A DNA stretch of 64,000 nucleotides, taken from positions 2,952,861-3,016,860 of the forward strand of contig NW_019091359.1 in NCBI RefSeq assembly GCF_001949145.1, in the 5' to 3' direction. Position 1 is the stretch's first letter. Every line of letters begins with the position of its first letter. A program made the translations under genes and the position numbers. A model generated the notes under the pieces. It made no database searches and was not told the DNA's origin. It saw only the letters and a program-made list of their open reading frames with translations. The stretch is from Acanthaster planci. Taxonomy: Eukaryota. Shown here piece by piece: positions 24,852 through 38,492 of this stretch.

Positions 24852-27800
24852 AGTACATGAGGCTGCAGAGTATGAGACTGCATTAGAGGGAGATTTGGAA
24901 CTTCGCAAAATTGGGACACTGATAAAGCAATATCGGAATGCGGATAAGGCAACATTGGGATGGTGAGTTTGGGTTGGGTTGAACAAAATGAAAATTGACT
25001 TTGCATTGGGCAAACAAACCCTGTCTACACACCTGCAAGTATCACAGATCAAGCAATATACATTTGTTAACCCTAACAGTCTCAAATCACCTGATTTCAA
25101 TATGATTTTACATACATGTACAACCCTCCACGAGAGTTAAGGTTGAAATAATTTGGTTGTTGTACATGTACACAAGTTGGGACAACAAAACAGTTCAGTA
25201 TTTTACAGTACAAGGACATCATAGAGGTCACTTGCTCATTGCCAGGGTTACTGTTTTATGCTTTCTATCACACACCAGTTTGGCATCTCAGATCTTGAGA
25301 TCTCAGAATACTCCATAAAGCTAAAAATTAAAAAAAATGATAAAAATATATATGCAGTAGGCTGCTATTACCTGTATAGCCCACTGCACTGTAGCCTTCT
25401 GTATACATACATTATGATTTAATTTTGGAGCTACCTGCACCTGTATAATTTTTGGATATTCTGTAATCAAATGGTGAGCAATGTGCTGCCAGTTTAGAGT
25501 AATGTAAATTTATTTTGCAAGAGAAACAAACTGCTGCTAAGGAATAGCGTGTGACCTTAACAGGAAGTGACCTGTATCCCCTTACACTGTCATGGACTAG
25601 TTTCCGTTTGTAAGTAAGTTTTTACTCTTGTTTTTGGTTACAAATCGTAAGGGAATCAGTTTTTGTTTTGAATTTACAGCCTCGACTTGAGGTACACCTG
25701 AAATTTCTGTCCATGTACTGAGCCTGACACCGCAGACTTCAGGAGTTGATATCCTGCAACATGCCCCTCTCCTTTTAATGCATCACAGAATCAGTGATTC
25801 ACTTGTCTTCCCCCCTTTCCCACCTTTACAAGGTGATAAGATGAGCTAATCCCTCATAAATTACATGGAGGAAGACGGGAAGTGCAGCCATTGCTCAACA
25901 TGGCAAGTTGTTTTCATGACATCTTTTGGTTCATAGATACATTCAGTATGTGCATGTCTTGAAGAAGTACATCCTCAGGTCTTTACGTATTGATGAGGGG
26001 ACATTATCATTAGGAATGTGAGAGAGGAGCCTTTGTATTGGGCATAAAAAAGTTGTCCCCCAAAATGATTTTGGTCCCGGACATGTCTAGTCGCCGCAAC
26101 TACAGAAGTGTTATTGGTCACTTTTCATTTCATCCAATAAGAGCTCTAGATAGTACAGCACGTCATGCATAGTGGAGGGATATTAATCTATCCCAGGGCC
26201 TTGTAAGGGTGATTGGAATAAGTGAACAACAACATTTACATGTACATGTACATCAGATTCATAGATTGGATATTTATATTTATCTTTATGATATGTGAGG
26301 AAGAGTTTGTCAAACGTCTGAAGAGATTTCATTGCTTACCATGATGTACATGTACCGTGTTGTGACAGTTATCAGCTCTCATGTGTACATGCGGATAAGG
26401 TTTAGTTTACAAATATTCAACTTACCCATTACCCCATGTGAACGAAAGCTGTTCAAGGATTGGAGGCCAATTTGTGAATTGCATCCAGAGATGTAATTTA
26501 CACAATCAAAATGGAACATACTGCCACTGAACTCGTTAATTGAAAATGTGGGTCAAGCAAGCATGGAAAGAGAAAAAGAAAGCGATTACAAAAAAAAAAA
26601 AAATGGATGTCTACTGGTAGGTTCATTTTTACAATAGGAGGAATTGCTTTCAGTTCAGATATTAATAATCTACAAATTTTTGCTTCCAAATTTTGTTACT
26701 TGATACACGGACATACCGGATACTGATACATAACTACATGCAGGTACCGGGTCAACCAAGAAACCTATCAATATTAATGTTGTACAGCCTTGGAATATAT
26801 CACAATTTATAATGGAGCCAGCAGATCAGCAGACAGAAACTACGGTACTTAATGAAAATTGAAAAATCAGATGTACAGTATGTACATGCTTATGTATACA
26901 TTTTTAAATATAAGCTACTGTAATAACATTGTAAGTGTACCATTTGGACATAGGGTGCACCTTGAAGTGTTTGAATTTTAATCTGTTCAAACAGAACAGC
27001 GCAAGTAGGTGATCAATACCCAAATGGTCTTTCAGTCCATTAAAATGCAGACATAATAAAGTGGCTGCAAAATTGGAAGAAAGGATCTGTCCAACATCTG
27101 CCTCAAGCTTTCACATTCCCGTGCATTGGCGGTGATGTATGCATGCATGTAAAGGCAGATCCACCCAGGTCAGGTTGTGATTTTCTATGCTGAACTCGTG
27201 CATATTTTTTCTTTCGTTCTTTTGGCATTTGCTAAGTGGCGTCTGCTGGCTTGGTTCACACACAGGGCAGTGATTCATAGCTGCATACTCGATGGGTTTA
27301 AAGTGTCTTCCTATGTGCCATGGATCCATTTTAATCCAAGAAGTACGGTTAGATTTCAACAGAGCAGCCCTCATGTGGATGAATTTGATCCTATTCGGTC
27401 ATGACTCATGTACATGTATACTGGTATTTTCCTTTTTAGGGTGTTGTTGGCATTTTCCCCCAATAGAATGTTTAGATGTAGGTAAACTTGTGTTGCAATC
27501 GCATTACCGTATTAAAGGGAATCTATCCTGTTATTCATCCCAAAGTTATAGTTTACACAGATTCAAGAGACACAATTTATAACCAGAAATTCCTTGTTAC
27601 GAGGTTTTCATTAATGTGACCCGTCTGCTTGAAATTTTAAATATCATTTTTGGCTTATGCAGAATGAGTGATTTCCTATTGTATTTGGCATGTTTGTGGT
27701 ATTGAGTATTTTTTTTAGTAATGCTGATAGTGTAATGTAATATTGCATAGCGCCACCATTTGGTGAGTGCCAATCAAAGAAACTGACAGGTCTGGTTTGT

Positions 27801-30800
27801 GAAGTGGGCCCTCTGTTGTTCAGATCTGGTCATTACATAATCAAAGATTTGCCACGTGGTGTGAGGGCAAGCAGCATACTGTATGTTGTGAATTCATTTT
27901 GAATCACCATGAGTGCCTGACTTCTGTGCCAAGGAGGGAACACCTCTGTGCCTGTCTCCCAAGAGAAGCATACCTAATTTCCACACTTGGTACATTTGAA
28001 GTACTTCTAACAATCCCTAAAAAGTAGAAACGTTTCTGAAATCTGTTTTCAGGTTTGCTTGTCATTTGCCTTCTGCGTAGGCCATCAATCATGAATTGAG
28101 AAATGTTGCACAAACTGGAGTACTGGGGTACATGGAACTTGGAATTTCCTTGGTTTTTTTTTTCTTTCTGTTTTCCCAGTTTAACGTGTGCTGCAACATG
28201 CATACATACTGGTGAACATTAGGACTCAACCAATTAGCACCACCCCATATTCTAGGCACATTGTCATCAGTAGCGAATCACTTGAAGCACATGTTTTTCA
28301 AATTTGACATTCAGACTATTCTCTACATGTACTGGTGCATCACTGCTTGTTGTGAAAGCTTGTTTACTAGTGGACAGTAATGAAACCATTGTCAAACCAA
28401 TGTGAGACACTGTCTGTACATAGTCAGTTGAAATCTTGTTCTGAAATTCGGACCAGAAATAATGGGTTACTTGGACATTTAAAAATGCCTCTGCCTGGGT
28501 TTGTAGCTCTATGCTTGTACTCTATCCTTGTGAGCATTAATTGTACATGTATTAAAATGTACATGTAAGTTCACTTCAGGTTTTACAACATTCATAAAAC
28601 TGATTCAGTTTGATTTAATTTATCATAACTGTCAAGTTAAAAAACATGAAAATTGTGTTGATGATATGTTGTACTGTAAACATCAGGATATGGGTGCCAC
28701 ATAGTCACGGAGTATTCACACAGCATGATTTTGTTATTAACATGCGTAATCTTTTTTCTTTGAGTTTAACTGCCCTTAGACAATACAATAAATCTCTCCT
28801 GTGAAGGATTGGATGGATGATTGTGTTTAGACACATAGTTTCCCTAGTGAATTAATGTCAGCACAAACTTTGAGCTAGATCTGTGGGAACGTGCATGTAA
28901 AATGTTGAAAAGAGAGACCTAACTTTGAAGTACTATAGAAATCCTGCTAACGCAATGTTTCTAGTTTATTTTACTTTTGGCAGACCAACGAATTATCAAG
29001 ATCATTAGAATATAAATTAATTTCCCTCCTGTTCATGGCAATATTTGTTGTACAGTTTACAAATTCCCTGTCCATGTTCCTTTTGGAGAGCCTCCTTGAA
29101 AATCAAGTCTTCCACATTGAAGTTTCATGTTTTCAGCATTAGGTAATTGAATTTTCTTGCGAGACAAAAATTTCATCCAGTGGATAAGAGGGAGTAAAGA
29201 GGTCCGAGGTTTTGAATTTTGAAACCACTACAGTCCTGATTCATATCAATCCTCACATAAACACACAATGAACACAATTTGGAAGACCAGATGGATTCAG
29301 GATTTCATTTCTGTCAAAAATAATGAGTTTCTTCCGATTTTTCTTGACATATTTCATAGAATTTTCCAGTAGGGGATTTGCCAGTGGACTACAAAGGAAC
29401 CAAGAACCCAACAAGACCCAAAGCTTTCCAGTAACAATGCTGTTAGAGTTAATAGTTAATCCAGTCATTTGCTGGCTTTGTAAATAGTGGGTGACTTATC
29501 ACAGTTTATTTATGACTTACCAGAGTCCCCTACTCAGGAACTGAAATCAATGGTTGCCTGTCTGATGCAGAGATAGGCTGTGGGAGTTTATCTGACTTGA
29601 AGTTAATCCCCCTGTTTTGTGTAATGACCAGGTAATCATTACTGGACTTAGTCTCCTTAGAACTACGTGCAGTAACCCTTCCAAGGCATTTTGGTTACCT
29701 TGCAAAATTCCCACATCACTTCACACTGTGCAGGAAACCAGTGGCACATTCTTTGTACTTTGGTTTCCAAGGGTGTCAAGGCCCATAGTGATTAGGCTGA
29801 ACCTTCCTTTATCCTGCAAAATCCTCCAACCCTGTTGATGGATTTTGAAGGATATGGGACATCTAGAATAAGTTTAAATGGGGCGTATTGAAGTGAAGTG
29901 AAATGAAGGCAAATCTTGTCGTGCAAGATTGGGCCAAATGTAAAAATTTTAATTGCATTTGCACCCAAAAGGAAAGGGAGTGGATACCGGAATGCAAGGA
30001 CAATTACTGGTAGGAATGCGGAAACCGCTCTTTATGTCTTACATGTTGATCAAGATTGATTTGTTCTTTGGAAATTGGAACAAGACTTCTTACAAGAGTT
30101 CAATTATGTTTAATTATGCTATGCATTACCGGTATGCATTAAAAAAAAATGGGTTCTTGGTGGTAGGTTGAAATCCATTGATAGATTGCCTTTCTATTGA
30201 GAGAACTTTTTCAATTGTAAACAACTGCCCAAAAATCATGTGCAAGAATTTTTCAATGTCAAGGAAATTCAAGAGTACATCTCTATACCTTTGGCTCCTA
30301 GTCTAATCTTTATGCTGTGGTTAATACTAGCAGAGTAGTGGGTAACCCTTCGGGGAGGCATATTCCATGAAAGAAAGCCAATCCTTGGACTTAAAATCTA
30401 AATTCAATTCCAAAATTGATCTTATTTTCTGTCCTTTCCCATGGAGGCATTTGTAATGCTGTTAGCCCTTGCATGAATTTTTTATGGTGTACATGTACGT
30501 TTATTCGTATTTCTATGTTTCTTAAGCACTCCTTCATCATCTGAGGCGTGAAATGAGATGTTTGAATGCAAGATTTGGAGTAATAACAGAATATAAAATG
30601 CATTTTAAGTTTTACAGGTATGCTTATGGGCAATTATTATTTATTTTGGAATGATCAATTTCTTTTTTCAAAATGATGACGCCAGGTGGTATAGAAAGCA
30701 GGGTCCAGTCTCAATAATGGATGGTTCTCAGACACTAGGTAAACTATTGATGGGGCTCTTTGTCTAGTCAGATGCTGCTCCATTTTGATGCTGCCAGAGA

Positions 30801-31889
30801 TACCCCAGGGATGGTCAGTTTCCCCATGAGTGGTGCCCAGTGGCCTTGGGTAAAGCCATTAGGGGATGTCAAACTATTCAACCTGTTGTCTGAGTTCTGG
30901 TTGGAATTTTTGAATGGGCATTTGTTTGTGAATTATGAAAGGGGTGCGTGGTACCTACTCCAGCCCTCTTACTCTGGTACAGTAAGGTGAAATGACTACA
31001 TGTACAGTACATGTACAGTGTTCATGTACATGTACACCCATGCAGCATCAGAGTAGACTTGTGCAAGTCAGTCAAGGCTCAGGTTTTTAAGAGTCTGTTC
31101 ACAATCACATCTGCATGAAGCGTGCATTGACCTACATGTAGATTTCAATCCAAAGTATTGATGCATTGTTACCAAATGGCAAATATGTGTGTTCATTTAC
31201 CGGTATTTGCATGTTTTGTCTATAATCTGAAACAATTTGGCCGGAAGTAAAATATATTCAGCTGAAAATTTTGGCCAGTAAAGTTGATAGTCTTACCCTG
31301 ATATTTGAGAACAGTGTTTGACATGACACATGCACTAAGGTGGACTTGTTGACCATACATAAGCACATTAATTGACATGTGTAGATAATTGGTAATGATT
31401 TGATATACAGTGTACATATATGTGTACATGGAGATGCATTTAAATCGTACCATACCGGTGGTTTGATTTTGGTCATAGGTCACATACATAGATATGTATG
31501 TACTGTACTTTTGAAGGCTAACATTTTGAGGAATTTGGATTTGAAACACATTATTACTGTCTGTATGGAGGACTTGGACAAGTCTTTGGAATTCCTGACC
31601 CCACTAGTGATCAGAATGCAACAGTTATGTAACACACAGACATGGCAGGACCTTGTGCTGCTCTGCATGTGTTTATTAGGATGATGTCTCTGAGGAGCCT
31701 AATATAGGGTGTACACATACATGTACACATGTACAATGTACACGTACATTGAATTTGCCACACACTGCCTTTGTGGGTGATGAGATTTTTTACATGTCTG
31801 GGGGGAAATGCAAAAATGGGCCATGATTTATGGGCGCCGCATGAAGTAAATGAGAAACGTGTGGAAGAGGGTTTCCCTATTAAATTTGT

Positions 31890-32640
31890 TTTCATTTATT
31901 CTTCATTTACACCGAATTATATGCAGTAAAGATATAACAGGAAGGCAAATGGTTGTGGATGGGTTCCCTTAGAAGCAGTGCTTGTCAAGTGAGTAGGAAT
32001 CCCATTAGGAATAATACACATTATTGCAAACAATACAATAGTTATGACAAACAAGTTGACGAGAAGACGGTAAGACATGTTAACAGTAAGTCTTGTAACC
32101 CTGTAAGACACAAAAACTGAATGATATTCGATAGAATTCGAATACTCACTTAAGTTTAGCTTTATATTTACATTTGAATGTTTGTAGGTTCTCTAGATTC
32201 TTTATAGAGGCGTCTAAGGAATTCCACAGCCTGGGGCCCTCGTGCTTGACTGCATTTTGTGTAAGAGTAGTACGTGCAAAAGATTGATGAAGTTCCATGT
32301 GCTGTCTGGTGATGCGCTTCTTCATTTTTGATAAACATAAAACAAATGGATTTAGGTAATTTTTTAGTGTTGAACTGGTGCATGAGGATCCCAAGCTGAA
32401 GGAAATATATATCCTATACTTTGAGAGTTTTGTACAAATAAAACGGCAGACTACTATGTTCAAGGATCATGTGGGTGGCAGAGTGGATCATTCTTAAACC
32501 TTTTTTTGGGCAGTTTAAGTATTCTACTGTTCTAATGTTGCCTGGTGAATTCTCTTCCTTTAATTTTGATAAACTATTTTGATCAATATTTGGTCCATGT
32601 GCTGGTACCAAGCTAAGGCTTAGGGTAATCATTGAGAAAG
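31890..32640 (-). mobile_element. 5'-truncated, decayed CR1/L2-clade LINE (ORF2 C-terminus and 3' UTR)
   Basis: ORF 32146..32463 ends ITRQHMELHQSFARTTLTQNAVKHEGPRLWNSLDASIKNLENLQTFKCKYKAKL, the TR..L...RT......GPRLWN.L...IK......FK pattern of CR1/L2 ORF2. Frameshifted KKGLRMI..HSSLPF upstream, AATAAATGAA on the minus strand near 31892-31901. Confidence 0.7.
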
Positions 32641-35600
32641 GAATAATTTAAACCTTCAAAGTAGGCATTTTCAAATCATGATGCTGCTGATTGCCGGCTT
32701 AATTGGCAAATGTCTTATCTTTGTAAAATGTAAGGCCACTTTTCACAAAATTTCTTCACCTGTGACTTCAACTGAAAAATATGGAGGGTTTTTCCCTGAC
32801 AACTTTGAGCATTTCAAGGAAGCAAACTGGTATTTAGGCATTCTGAAATTAGGAATAATTTTATGCCTACGTGCATTTAATGTTAGATTGCTAAACATGT
32901 TAAAATTACTCTTCTAAACTCTGGTTGGATAAGCACTAGATATCAATTTTGGTGAACAAATACCATGAACTGTCTGATTTTAGCAATCACCATCTTATTT
33001 GACAATAAACTTGGCTCAGTGTAAGTAAAACTATGAATTTTCAAAAACAAGCTTCATTCTAGCTGTCATAAAATCCATCCATTCTTGAACTGAATACACT
33101 GCATTGCTGCAGAAGACTTTTTGTAACCCACTCATAAAAATATGTCAGGGTTATGTTGAGCCTGCATGTGTGCATCTAGTGTTCTTGCTAGGTCAGCCCT
33201 GCTGAAGTTTGGACATCATGCAGGCTCTGCATGCACTGAGACCATATTATTATGTAACTTGTTTAACAGGTAGTGAGTTGGGTCAACATGTTTCAAGGTC
33301 TCCAAGCTACAGGACTGAAGAATATTATGAATTGGTTCTCTGTGTGTGTGTGCATGTGGGGGAGGGAGCAGGGTGTTCCTTAATGCTTCCCTGAAGTTGT
33401 TGCCAACTGAAAAATCCTGAGGAAGGATACAGGATAGAAGGGAGAGAGTGATTGTAAACTCAAAACAATAGTAATGGCATACGTGTTGACATTTAATCAA
33501 AATTGTTTTGTGGTTTCGGGAAAATAAAGTGGTTGTTTTGATTTTTTAAATAAAACTCTGTCAACACTACACTAACACAAGGCTGCTTTTTATTAATCCT
33601 CTGGGTGTGTGTAAAATCATATTGAAATTGGAGGATTGAGGATTGTTAAGGTTATAAAAGGTAACTATAAATATTTGTGTAATATTTATGCTGGAATCTA
33701 GGGAACATTGAAATTGTAAATCCTTGGGTGTAGTCTCAGTTGCAGTATTGTTTGTATTCATGGTATCAAATTTGTTTCAGAAGACATTTTTTTGGAAAAT
33801 GCTGTGGCTCACAGAATAATTAAAAATATTCCAGTACCATTCCTCAATGAAAAAGTGTAAGTACATCTCAAAAATTGAATTCAACTGTAGAAAGTCTATG
33901 AGACACGGCAATCAAAAAGAAATAAAAAGTATGAACTAACCTTTAATTTGATTTTTCTCAGAAAATACTTTAGAAGTAGTGGAGAAATGGGGACTGAAAT
34001 TTAGCTTAACTTAAACTTGATGATAAATCTTCTGGCATAGCTCTAGTTGGTATAAGATTAGTGACATCATAAACCTTATTCCTACATTGTGAGTCATATT
34101 GTGAGGTCAACTTTTTATTTTTGGAACCTGGCATGAAAAATGAAATAATGAAATAAAAGTTCATCATAGATTAACTTCATTATGATGATAAATAATTAAA
34201 TTTGGGATTATTTATATTTAAACATTTTTGAGAAACTGAGAAACTCTTGAGTATTTTTCTTGTTTTTTTGAAGTTCAGGTATTTATCACTGCTGGCTATG
34301 GCAGCTGGCACCATGATTTACTGGCCTGCAATCTGCATGGTGGCACTAGGGATTAGAAGCTGCCTCTTGCATAATCCATTTTGTGCTCTTTGACCAAGGG
34401 GAGTGGCATGGTGTCAAAGGTCAAACTGACCATGTGCTTGGTTTAGGGGTGCAGACCACTAATTCAAGTGAGAATTTCTGACCAGCTCATTAGCATTAAA
34501 AGTGCCCCCACAGTATCTTTTGAAAAAGGAGATTGTTTGGCTTGCAAAATGGTGAGATTGTGTAAATCCTTGGGTCTTTGAGGTTTCGTATAAGAGCAGA
34601 ATGGCTAAAAACTATGGTTGAAAAATGGTCCTCAGTGCCGAGAAAGTTGAGGGTTCCCATTTGAAAAATGGCTGCAATGAGACTTCGGAAAAATCCCTTT
34701 TGGGGGCTGATTTTGTTTGTAGGAATAATTAAAAATGTAATTGGTTAACCCACAAAAAATTGAAAAGAAATTGAAAGATTAGTGACCAGACAAGAATTTC
34801 ACTTGTGTTTCAGAAATCTCAGGGATGTTGGCGTGCATGTTATTGGGGCCCTGAACAGTACTGATTTTACACTGTTTTCAATGAGGCTTGAATTAGTAGA
34901 CTGTACCCTTAGAGGTTGTGGTGATGATGGCTGACATAAAGATTTTAGCAACCTGCTGTGCTTACATCCTGTCCAGCACCCCTTGTGGGATGGATTTTTA
35001 CCTTTACCAGAGTTGAAGTGCATTAAATTTTTGAGGTTGTTTCTGAAAAAAAGGAGGAAACATTTCCTTTTTAATAATGCATATTTATGTGTCATGAATT
35101 CATGAACTCGTGAATTTGTGTATACATGTAGTAAAAAAATACGTCTTCTTAGACTGTATCGTGGTACTGCAGATCATGGACCAACCAGCTTGAAGTAGAA
35201 TATGTTTGTTTTGTTAAATGGGTAGGCCTCTGCCAGGAACCCTTTTGAATTTTCTAAATTGCTTTTTGAATTGATTATGATTATTTTACTGTTTGCACAC
35301 CTGAATTACACGTCGACCTGCCCCAATATTCCTCTTAATCTCCCAGTAGATTTTGAAAAATGTGTGGGGATGCAACACTGAAGGCTGAACAGAGTCCCCC
35401 TAACCTCCCCCGTCCAGATACATCTGTCAAGAAATGTCTGGGTCTATTAAACATTTGCAATATTGGTATTCTTTGACACTGTAGTGTTGATCCACCACAC
35501 TCAGTGAAGCTGGCATCCTGGATTGGAGGGCACAATTGTCCCCTTTCCTTGGCAGCAGGATTGGGATACAAATTTTCAGCGTAGAATTTTCTCAGCATGT

Positions 35601-36193
35601 GACGTTCCCTTACTCTTCCGCAATTTGAATCCATCTATAAAATACCTCTCTCCGATGTTACGAACACAGTGTGAGCAGTTTTTTTCTATTTTCAGTTATT
35701 TTGCTTTAAAAAAAAAAAAAAAATCTGAAAGGTGCAGCTGCAGGTGCCTCTGCTCAAATGTAAGTGTTGACAGAAACTATCCAGCTGAAATATCCTGAAG
35801 AACACAGGACTTATCTTTCCTTGCATGAATTTAAAAATATTCGCACAGGTCTAATGGCTCTCATGTTTTATATAATCATACTTTAATCTACTTAATAAGA
35901 TCAATATATTATCTTATGTAAGTGCTTCGTGATTACATTTGGGCTTATCCAGCAGGTTTTAATCTTGATAATTTTGATCAGGCTCTGTCGTCAGTGTTTG
36001 TGAAGCTAAATTTGTATTCAGAGATGACGTTTTGAGGGAACATATTTATCAAGACGTTCCGATAGTTCATGGTTGATTTTACCTAGGAAGATTTCATTTG
36101 TTATGAAGGAAGATGTCGTTTGAGGCATTCATATTTAACACCAGCTGACTGAAACTTAGCGACCGTACTTCAGGTCACCTGTCGTTTCTATAA

Positions 36194-36446
36194 GGGTCAT
36201 TCTATAAATTTGGGTCTAATTTTTTCCCCATCCCTGTTACGTCATACCTGTGATTTTTTAATGTTTTGAACTCATAGTTTAATTCCAAGATTGAATAAGT
36301 TCTGCAAATTACCTGCCAAACAAATGAAAATAGTTTGAAATCAATTTCAGGGATACATCCCTTGTCAAACATGTCGGGTATACATGTCAGAGGTAATAGG
36401 GACAGAAGAATGTCATACGTTGGACCCCAAATTTATAGAATGACCC
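36194..36446. mobile_element. Sola2-like MITE, copy 2
   Basis: ATAA|GGGTCATTCTATAAATTTGGGTCTAA ... TTGGACCCCAAATTTATAGAATGACCC|ATAA. Shares internal TGCAAATTACCTGCCAAACAAA with copy 1 (reverse complement). Confidence 0.78.
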
Positions 36447-37467
36447 ATAAAGCTTTTTCATGGAGAACCACGCACAACTCAAGTCTTTATTGTTCTTCCC
36501 TCAGATTAATTGATGAGGTTTTTCTGTGTGCTGCACCTCTTGTTAAAGCTAGGTATCTTTATGCATCTGTTCTACCGCAGGATTTTTGAGGATTGGAAAG
36601 AAAAAAAGAGAATTTTTAAATGTTCCAACACATGCATGAATTGGGGGGGGACCTGCTCGGTTGCACCATTGGCTCAAATGCTGGATCAGTTTACTGAAAT
36701 TGGATTTCCTTTTGTCCCTTGAAATAAGAGGCTGTTTCCATTGACACATCGAGAGAGTAAATCAAATTTATTGATTAATACCAGGCAGTTGGGGTTCATG
36801 TGAAAGTTGGTGATGGGATATGCCCGTCTCTGGCAGTGTCTCATTTCCTTAGTCGTCCAATTTCATTTCAGCTTTTATCAAAGCTTAAAAAGGCTGCAGC
36901 CTTGCAGGTTGCTTAGTGTACTTATTGAGTGCTGCATCAGTGTAGCAGCCATTCTGCAGATCACTTTTTTCCTACATGTAGTTGCCAAAGGTTTCATTTC
37001 CCATGTTTGTTCACAGAGAACAGTCTTCCTTAGAACATCTTATTATACTAAACACCTGTTACATGGTATAGTCCATTCTTCTCCCATTGATTGATTGATT
37101 TTTGAATGTGTCACAAGTCTATATATGTACCGGTACGTGATGCTTCTCTGTTGAAGCCATACCCTTAACTGATATAAATTGTTACTGTCTTCTTACTAAA
37201 CAGGCTAAGAATCTAAGCCTGTTTTTATCCACTGCTGGGAGAAGGCCTCATTAATTTTTATATCTTGGTCTTTCTTGTGGATGTCTTTTTCTCTGCTCAT
37301 TAATTTCTTTCTTAATCTGTGATCCTGGGATCACCAAGGTATAACAGAAGTGCTCCGAAGGAAGTAAAAGTTCACGAAATCCTGGAGTGATCTCTGCCTT
37401 TTAGGGATCATCCATTTTGTCATCTTTTACATGAACATCCCAAAATGCACTCATTCTTCTAATCACA

Positions 37468-38140
37468 CCTCCGTGTCCCCCTCCCCACCTGCCCCTCCTC
37501 CTGCCCTGTCCCTATTCCTTCCCCCATCCCTCCCCCTGCCCCTCNNNNNNNNNNNNNNNNNNNNNNNNNNNNNNNNNNNNNNNNNNNNNNNNNNNNNNNN
37601 NNNNNNNNNNNNNNNNNNNNNNNNNNNNNNNNNNNNNNNNNNNNNNNNNNNNNNNNNNNNNNNNNNNNNNNNNNNNNNNNNNNNNNNNNNNNNNNNNNNN
37701 NNNNNNNNNNNNNNNNNNNNNNNNNNNNNNNNNNNNNNNNNNNNNNNNNNNNNNNNNNNNNNNNNNNNNNNNNNNNNNNNNNNNNNNNNNNNNNNNNNNN
37801 NNNNNNNNNNNNNNNNNNNNNNNNNNNNNNNNNNNNNNNNNNNNNNNNNNNNNNNNNNNNNNNNNNNNNNNNNNNNNNNNNNNNNNNNNNNNNNNNNNNN
37901 NNNNNNNNNNNNNNNNNNNNNNNNNNNNNNNNNNNNNNNNNNNNNNNNNNNNNNNNNNNNNNNNNNNNNNNNNNNNNNNNNNNNNNNNNNNNNNNNNNNN
38001 NNNNNNNNNNNNNNNNNNNNNNNNNNNNNNNNNNNNNNNNNNNNNNNNNNNNNNNNNNNNNNNNNNNNNNNNNNNCCCTCCTCCTGCCCTGTCCCTATTC
38101 CTTCCCCCGTCCCTCCCCCATCCCTGCCCCTCTCCCGCCC
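37468..38140. repeat. C-rich polypyrimidine minisatellite containing assembly gap 37545-38075
   Basis: The same string CCCTCCTCCTGCCCTGTCCCTATTCCTTCCCCC occurs on both sides of the gap. Confidence 0.8.
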
Positions 38141-38482
38141 AAAAATGTACATGTGAAAAAAAAATGATTGCCACAAGACTTTTCTGAAAGTGTACACTCC
38201 TCCTCTCCTAGTGTAAATTTGTATGCCTGAGAAAAGGTAAAAATTGGATGACCCCTTAGTCATTGATGGGGCTACAATCTATTTTTCTAGCAATTTATCC
38301 ATGATCTTCAACTAAGTACTCTTAGGTACATATCATTCCTTCTGTCTCCACAAGCATTCTTTCCTCCTAGCTTGATTTTGAAATGTTGCCAGGGTTTCTA
38401 TTTTAATAGGCAGATTTCTGTTCACTACATAGGTTGTTTGGTCTCCGTACAAATACTGGCATACATAACTTTCAATATTTCT

Positions 38483-38492
38483 ATGACTTCGG
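38483..38492 (+). CDS. Candidate start-codon exon segment of the FGD6-like gene (ATG ACT TCG G)
   Basis: ATGACTTCGG|GTGAGT is a strong phase-1 donor matching the phase-1 acceptor at 42642 and gives [22 protein letters not shown]. Possible acceptor ttttaatAG at 38408-38409. Weak Kozak context, no transcript evidence. Confidence 0.35.

Noticed and set aside
27441..27467. GVVGIFP peptide resembling the SH3 C-half
   Set aside because: Followed by a stop after one more codon and in the wrong phase for the 24962 donor.
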